A DNA stretch of 64,000 bases from Eledone cirrhosa (taxonomy: Eukaryota): positions 32,860,001-32,924,000 of the forward strand of contig OZ024748.1 of the NCBI GenBank assembly GCA_964016885.1, written 5' to 3'. Shown here one piece after another: positions 56,795 to 64,000 of the stretch. The notes beneath the pieces are model-generated. The model was given only the letters and a program-made list of their open reading frames with translations, did not search any database and had not been told where the DNA came from. The position numbers were made by a program, and so were the translations under genes. Within the stretch, counting starts at the first letter, position 1; each line of letters begins with the position of its first letter.

Positions 56795-57578
56795 ATGAGT
56801 AGATGTGTGTGTATGTAACACAGTAGATGTGTGTGTATGTAACTCAGTAGATGTGTGTGTATGTAACTCAGTAGATCTGTGTGTATGTAACTCAGAAGAT
56901 GTGTGTGCATGTAACACAGTAGATGTGTGTATGTAACAGTAGATGTGTGTGTAACACAGTAGATGTGTGAGTGTGTGTAACACAGTAGATGTGTGTGTAT
57001 GTAACTCAGTAGATGTGTGTGTATGTAACTCAGTAGATGTGTGTATGTAACACAGTAGATGTGTGTATGTAACACGGTAGATGTGTGTGTAACTCAGTAT
57101 GTGTGTGTATGTAACACAGTAGATGTGTATGTAATACAGTAGATGTGTGTATATATAACACAGTAGATGTGTGTGTATGTAACACAGTAGATGTGTGTGC
57201 ATGTAACACAGTAGATGTGTGTATGTAACACAGTAGATGTGTATGTAACACAGTAGATCTGTGTGTATGTAACACAGTAGATGTGTGTGTATGTAACACA
57301 GTAGATGTGTATGTAATACAGTAGATGTGTGTATATATAACACAGTAGATGTGTGTGTATGTAACACAGTAGATGTGTGTGCATGTAACACAGTAGATGT
57401 GTGTATGTAACACAGTAGATGTGTATGTAACACAGTAGATCTGTGTGTATGTAACACAGTAGATGTGTGTGTATGTAACACAGTAGATGTGTGTGTGTGT
57501 GTGTGTATGTAACACAGTAGATGTGTGTGTATGTAACACAGTAGATGTGTATGTAACACAGTAGATGTGTATGTAACT
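56795..57578 (+). repeat. Minisatellite, ~20-26 bp unit (tgtaacacagtagatgtg(tg)nta)
   Basis: About 33 tandem copies with a variable TG run. Confidence 0.95.
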
Positions 57579-58814
57579 AAAGCGTAACGTACGTTACGAA
57601 TGGACGACCAAATGATTTTAACTTGTTTTTTTAACAATTGATGGTGGAAATGATTTTAAATTGTCTCAACTCAGACCATAAAGGGTCGCAACACAGAGTC
57701 TGACACTCTTACCGGCTACATAGCCTGGGAGACTATTTTACAGGCACCGGCTACATAGCTTCTTCCTAAAATCTTCCACCATAATTTTATACAAGAACCA
57801 CATGTTAAGTTACTAATAAAATAATTAATAATCAAAAACTTCAGTAAATCCTTCAAATGCTATCTCAGTAATGAAATAATTAATAATTGTTATAAATTCC
57901 TCAAAATTCCTCATTAATTAAACCCAAGAAAGGTAAAAACTCCAGAGTCTTTCAGTCGGACATGAAACAAATCAATTTCTAATGGAAGAAGAAAAGGTTT
58001 TAAAGTCACTCAAGAGAGATCACTCTCAGCGAATTATTGTAAATTTTGTTCGTGAATTAATGCGGATTAAATTATTCTGGTGTATTTTGTGTGGGGGACA
58101 CCGGGTTTAGGCGGTGATAGCGTGTAATTCAAGAACGTATGGTTCGTGAGTTCCAATCCCAGAGCGGGCGGTCTGGGTTTGTCTCGCTGAATCTCCCTGA
58201 GAACTGCGTATATACGAGTGACTATCAGACAGTGTATCTAGGACTACATTATCTAATGTACAGTATAGTATTTACTATTAGTGGTAATGTTGTTATATAT
58301 ATATTTTACTGTATCGTTGAAGGTTCACATAATTATATTATTTACATTAATATAGACATTAAGTAAATCTTTGTCAACTTACTTTTTTCCCATATAATCA
58401 ATGTGTTGTGTTAGTTTTTATTAAACAACCAAAGACAAAGTCATTCTTATAGGACTTTCTAACATAGCTATCATCTCCTCTCCTGATGACATATCAACAC
58501 CAGTTTAACTTCCACCTTTTTATTAGTAGGAGTCAATTCTTTCTAAATATCTTTTTCTAACTTCTCTCTCCTTCTCCGGGAGGAATCAGCTGTGTTTAGA
58601 CCAGGAGTCTAATGAATCTATATGAATCCATACAATATCTGATTTCACTTGAAGTTTTATTCAGATCTCAATTGTGTTCAGACCTGGAGAGAGGAGATGG
58701 GATCCATCAGGTTTTACATTATGTGCAAGAAAGACTGAAATCCACTAGAGTACCCCTACAACTACCCCAAGATATACAGGTCCATACAATATATATATAT
58801 ACATATATATATAT

Positions 58815-59452
58815 GGTAAATATCTTTAAGTTGTTTGGAAGCCTCGACAATGCAAATGGGTAAATCTCCGGTGGTGGAGAGAGAGATGTAAGTGGGTGTA
58901 CGTTGAGATGCATGGTGTGTATAAGACATGTAGAGGAATGAAGGAAAGAGTATAAAGGATAAAATAAAAATAACAACACGAGAAAGAGTTACCTTGGGAG
59001 AGATTTAATTGTCCCTATATATTTCGGATTCACATCCATCAACTGGGGTTTTTTTCTGGGGTGGGGGAAAGGTTGTCTGTCGGAAAAGTGATATTCAAAA
59101 CAACAAACAGCGGAGGACGCGTTTCGCACCTTTCCAACAGACAACCTTTCCCCCACCCCGGAAAAAAACCCCAGTTGATGGATGTGAATCCGAAATATAT
59201 AGGGACAATTAAATCTCTCCCAAGGTAACTCTCTCTCGTGTTATTTTTATTTTATCCTTTATACTCTTTCCTTCATTCCTCTACACGTCTTATACACACC
59301 ACGCACCTCAACGTACACCCACTTACATCTCTCTCTCCACCACCGGATCTTGTTACCCGGAGATTTACCCATTTGCATTGTCGAGGCTTCCAAACGACTT
59401 AAAGATATTTACCTATTATTCCACAATGCTTCAAGCAAACTTCAATACTCTC
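58815..59452. repeat. ~280 bp foldback (58815-59090 / 59127-59413) plus tail; centre holds a hammerhead 3' half
   Basis: Arms are reverse complements; minus strand at 59111-59126 reads cGAAAcgcgTCctccg. Confidence 0.85.
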
Positions 59453-59973
59453 ATATATATATATACATACGCGCATATATCTCTTTCTCTGGGAGAAATC
59501 AAGTGTATTCAGATCTGGAAGAAGGGTGTGGTGTCCACCAGATCTAAAATACCCAATAAATGTTATATGTCACTAAGTTACCCTATGATCCCACAAGGGT
59601 TTCCTTTCAATACGACATTGTCTGGATTAACCTGTAAAATAGAAATTGAGTAACTGTATTTCAGGGAGCTGTTTTGATATTGAAGGGACATCTGTTGGTG
59701 TAGGGTTTCGTTGGTGACATAATAAGGTTCTAATACTGTAAAGAGCTACCTTAAACACTGTCTGGTACATGTTTTGGAGACATGATCATAAAGCCATGTA
59801 TAGAGAAACAGTCAGCAAAGTTAGGATTAACATTGACTATATTGAAGAAATATATTTTTCCAATGTTGTTATATTTTCACTTGTATATAATTACAGTATC
59901 GCAAGTTTTCAGATAAGAAACATTGCTTGACAAATACAAAAATGGAGTGGGTGTGTGTGTATGTATGTATATG

Positions 59974-60024
<51 letters not shown>

Positions 60025-60092
60025 ACGTACACTCTCACACACACACACACATATATATATACACATAGAGATGTACACTCACACATATATAT

Positions 60093-60310
60093 ATGTAAAA
60101 GCTAAACAGAAATAACAACAAAATCGGTACAGTATATGGCTGGATTATATTAGGTTAACACTTGAAATAGCAGGTGCTATTTTAAGTGTTAACCTAATAT
60201 ATTGATTGTGTTGTTATTTCTGTTTAGCTTTTACATATATATATATATATATATATCAACTCTTATGTGGACCTCTCAAATTCGTTGGATCCTTACTCTG
60301 AAACTGTATA
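60093..60310. repeat. Short foldback of the pLTR family also found at 29405, 40545 and 47050, plus tail
   Basis: gtaaaagctaaacagaaataacaac / gttgttatttctgtttagcttttac. Confidence 0.75.
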
Positions 60311-60539
60311 CCAACCGGGAGGTTACCTGAACTTCAACCAGGAAATATTTTCATATCACTGATATTTTCTTTGCTCCTTGCATTATATAGAGTTACCTCC
60401 CTTTATGACCCGAGTTCAAATCCCATTGAGGTTAACTTTGCCTTTCATCGTTATGGGGTAAATAAAAAAAAAGTACCAGTAATGCACTGGGATAATTGCT
60501 GGCCTTGTGCCAAAAGTAGAAACAATTATATATATATCA

Positions 60540-61136
60540 AATAGCTGAACTGAGGGTCTGGTCTGTGATGGGTTTGGTGTGGCCAACTGTCCTGTCCCTC
60601 TTCATAGTGGTATCACTGGTCTCATTGTATGGTGGTACCATCCAACACCAGACTCCCAAAATGTGGTACCACATCTGTCCCTCCTCATAGTGGTGTCATC
60701 CAGTACCGGGCCCCCAAAACTGTGGTAATGTTGTGTGTTGAGTTAGGCCACCCCTCATCACGGTGCCACATAGTACCGGGCCCCCAAAACTATGGTAATG
60801 TTGTGTTGGGTTTGGTCATCCTTCATCACGGTGCCACACCGTACCAAGCCCCCAAACTGCAGCTACCCTGTGAGATAGGTTAGGCTCTGAAAACTTGGTT
60901 TCGTTGTGAGACAGGTTCGGCATGGCCAACTGGTCTGTTGCTCCTCATAACGGAGCCATCCAGTTCCACACTGTAAACGTGGTTGGTGTTAGGAAGGGCA
61001 TCCAGCTGTAAAATACCCTCCAAATGTACAGTCCTCACTGGAGTAAGGTACGACACAAGTCCAACCCTGGCCAGACTTGCCTCTCGGCATGGACGACCTG
61101 TCTAACCCAAGCAAGCATGGAAAAATTGACATTAAA

Positions 61137-61145
<9 letters not shown>
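60540..61145 (+). mobile_element. Non-autonomous RTE-related/Ceph-like element with a ~75 bp internal tandem repeat
   Basis: Repeated ccctcatagtggtgtcatccagtaccgggcccccaaaactgtggtaatgttgtg, then ggtgttaggaagggcatccagctgtaaaa and tail caagcatggaaaaattgacattaaatga. Confidence 0.6.
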
Positions 61146-61169
<24 letters not shown>

Positions 61170-61172
<3 letters not shown>

Positions 61173-61678
61173 AAGAGTCCTATTAAAATTGTTGGGATAC
61201 AACAAGCAAATATTTTTATAACTGATATAAAGCACTCAACAAATATTTGGAGTAAAAATACGATATTAATAAATGGAAACTATATTTATAAAACCATATT
61301 TATTTCATTATACATATTTCAAGGACACCAAGTTAAATTATGGTGTGCTTTCATCAGATAAAATATAATATAGATCAGTTTTATAAATAAATATTGACAT
61401 ACCCTTAAAGAATGCAACCATTACTGTTGGAAGCTCCCAGACAGTGGAGTTGTAGCTTTAATTATACTAATAATATAATTAAAGCTACAACTCCACTATC
61501 CGGGAGCTTCCAACAGTAATGGCTGCATTCTTTAAGAGTATGTCAATATTTATTTATAAAACTAATCTATATTATACTTTATCTGATGAAAGCATACCAT
61601 AATTTAACTTGGTGTCCTTGAAATATGTATAATGAAATAAATATGGTTTTATAAATATAGTTTCCATTTATTAATATT
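61170..61678. mobile_element. Foldback pLTR (61263-61678) with left tail and two hammerheads (61301-61365 -, 61575-61639 +)
   Basis: tactttat CTGATGA aagcatacc...ggtgtcctt GAAA tatgta TA atgaaata; arms are reverse complements. Confidence 0.87.
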
Positions 61679-61899
61679 GTATATATATATGTATATATAT
61701 ATATTTATTTATATATGTATACATTCACACGAAACAATTATACATACAGATACATATTTAGATAGATGCATCCACATATATTCCTATACCTAGGTGAGTG
61801 TATATATACATATATATACATACATAAAGGTACATACATACACATATGAACACAGACATTTGTATATATAAGATATGTCAATATATATATATATATATA

Positions 61900-62902
61900 T
61901 ATATAAGTTTGTATACGTACATACATATATGTATACAGTCGTGCATATCGAGTGGGTTAATCGGCCAAAAAAGATAAACGGAAAAAATGAAACAAAATTT
62001 CATTTCCTACTCTTAGTATGGCTGTTACTTAAATATAAGTATGTATACTTACATACATATATGTATACAGACGTACAGTAGTATGTATATATACATACAT
62101 GCACACATATATATATGTACATATGGATTCACCGAACATTTATTATAATGCTCGGTGTGTTTGTAAACAAACATCCCGTATTAAGCCGTAGTGTCTAGCA
62201 ACCATCGTTGCTCGTTTGTTCAACACTGACAAAGGAACGCTGTACTAGTTTCAAGCTTATTAGCTATCGTCAGCAACGTATACCTTCCTGCCAGATGATT
62301 GAACGTCCAAAAGTATATACTTTCCTTATGCATATTAACGGCTGAGTAGCCCAATTTGCATATCGAGTGGGTTAATCGGCCGGGTGCACCGAAAACGATA
62401 AACGGAAAAAATGAAACGAAATTTCATTTCCTACTCTTAGTACGGCTGTTACTTAATTATAAGTATGTATACGTACATGCATATATGTATACAGACGTAC
62501 AGTTGTATGTATATATATATACATACATGCACACATATATATATGTACGTATGGATTTTATTATAATGCTCGGGATGTTTGTAAACAAACATCCCATTGC
62601 TGATGATAGCTAATAAGCTTGAAACTAGTTCAGCGTTCTTTTGTCAGTGTTGAACAAACGAGCAACGGTGGTTGCTAGACACTACGGCTTAATACGGGAT
62701 GTTTGTTTACAAACACACCGAGCATTATAATAAATGTTTGGTGAATCCATACGTACATATATATATATGTGTGCATGTATGTATTTATATACATACTACT
62801 GTACGTCTGTATACATGTATGTATGTACGTATACATACTTATATTTAAGTAACAGCCGTACTAAGAGTGGGAAATGAAATTTTGTTTCATTTTTTCCGTT
62901 TA
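61900..62902. mobile_element. Tandem and inverted pLTR copies of the 23.2-23.9 kb family with hammerheads (62237-62279 -, 62597-62633 +)
   Basis: acgttg CTGACGA tagctaataagctt GAAA ctag TA cagcgt; partial direct repeat 61905-62180 / 62355-62595, then an inverted arm to 62902. Confidence 0.82.
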
Positions 62903-62996
62903 TATATATATATATATATACATTTATATATTACGAGCGTATACATTAGTTGTGGAGGTACAAGTTAATTTATTGTCTATTATGGATAATGTATAG

Positions 62997-63374
62997 ATCA
63001 TCATCATCATCATCTTTTCATTTTACGTCCGCTTTTCCCTGCTTGCAAGGGTCGGACGGGAACTGATTTTGGGTTGATTTCTACAGCTGGATGCCCTTCC
63101 TAACACCAACCTCATTTACAGTGAGGGCTGGGTGCTTTTTTGCTGTGGCACCTCCACGACCACTTTGCAGTGGAATGATAGAGACCCCAGTCCTATCATC
63201 TCATTTCTACAGCTGAGTAAACTGGAGCAATGTGAAATAAAGTGTCTTGCTCAAGGAAACAACACATCACCCGGTCTGAGAATTGAACTGACATCTTTTC
63301 GATTGTAAGCTCTAACCACTTTGAGCTCACAACCTTTCGATTGCAATGCTCTAACCACTAAGCCATGTGCCTCC
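62997..63374 (-). mobile_element. tRNA-headed SINE with RTE family B tail (same family as 28038-28374)
   Basis: ggaggcacaTGGCTTAGTGGttagagc head with a partial duplication, cttgagcaagacacttt core, ggaagggcatccagctgtag, RTE tail. Confidence 0.85.
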
Positions 63375-63665
63375 ACATATATGTATTTTCTTTCTAAACA
63401 TTATCCATGTATATATATATATATTTGACATGTGTATATAATCTCATTTGTATATTTAATTTATATTTCCTAGCTTGGTATGAATAACAATTTCTAGACG
63501 GTTTATAATGCAAAATATAGAAAAGTTAGAAATATTTAAAAAATAAAACATAATACATTAGTGAATAAAACGTAATAATGATAAAAATTGTTGAATTACC
63601 TTGAAAATATTTATTTATTACCTTGAAGATATTTATTTAGCCAGAGATATGATGGGAAATATTTA

Positions 63666-64000
63666 TATACTAGCAGTGGTACCCGGCGTTGCCAACAGAT
63701 CTAATCGTAGAAAAACTGTATGCATGGACAATATGTAAAGAAAATAAACCGAATACTTTGATGGCTGGATAATCTTTAAGATTTTCCTGGAAAAATGCAG
63801 GTTTTCATCAAACGCGGGGCCTAGGGGATCAAGAAATTGAATTTTTTTAATGTGCATAATATGCCTTGAAATTTCAGGAAAATCGGCTAGACGTAACGCC
63901 TCAAAAAAAGCCTAAAAAAGCTGAAAAAATGAAGTTTTTCACCTAATGCGAGCCCTAGACCATAAAAAAGTTGGATTTTCTTTGCTCACCGTATGAAGAA
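63666..64000 (+). mobile_element. Possible Helentron/Helitron-associated non-autonomous element, running off the window
   Basis: Starts tatactagcagtggtacccggcgttgcc and contains gaaatttcaggaaaatcgg, motifs I recall from HINE/DINE-like repeats. Confidence 0.4.

Noticed and set aside
56795-57578. CRISPR-like array or the HTHLLCYI repeat ORFs
   Set aside because: No unique spacers, eukaryotic context, no cas genes; it is a simple minisatellite.

Overview
This is AT-rich eukaryotic DNA, most likely from an octopod cephalopod (inferred from Ceph-/Nin-domain SINEs, clustered single-exon C2H2 arrays and extreme (TA)n/(CA)n density). Nearly all short ORFs in the track are microsatellite or antisense artefacts. 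Real content: (1) two paralogous minus-strand C2H2 zinc-finger (pseudo)genes at ~30 and ~48 kb, in a local tandem segmental duplication; (2) about 10 RTE-clade LINE copies or fragments from two main families, with a C4HC3 PHD-like finger behind the RT core, plus partner tRNA-headed SINEs; (3) an internally deleted DD37D (maT) Tc1/mariner transposon; (4) a dense population of Penelope-like (Naiad-type) retroelements sitting in (TA)n tracts. These include an ~11 kb palindrome of two head-to-head copies, about 10 smaller 'foldback + one-sided tail' insertions, and about 20 type I hammerhead ribozyme motifs read directly from the sequence (one with a U3-A8 covariant core, several with very long stem II inserts). 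Coordinates were counted by eye and may be off by a few bases; no database search was run.
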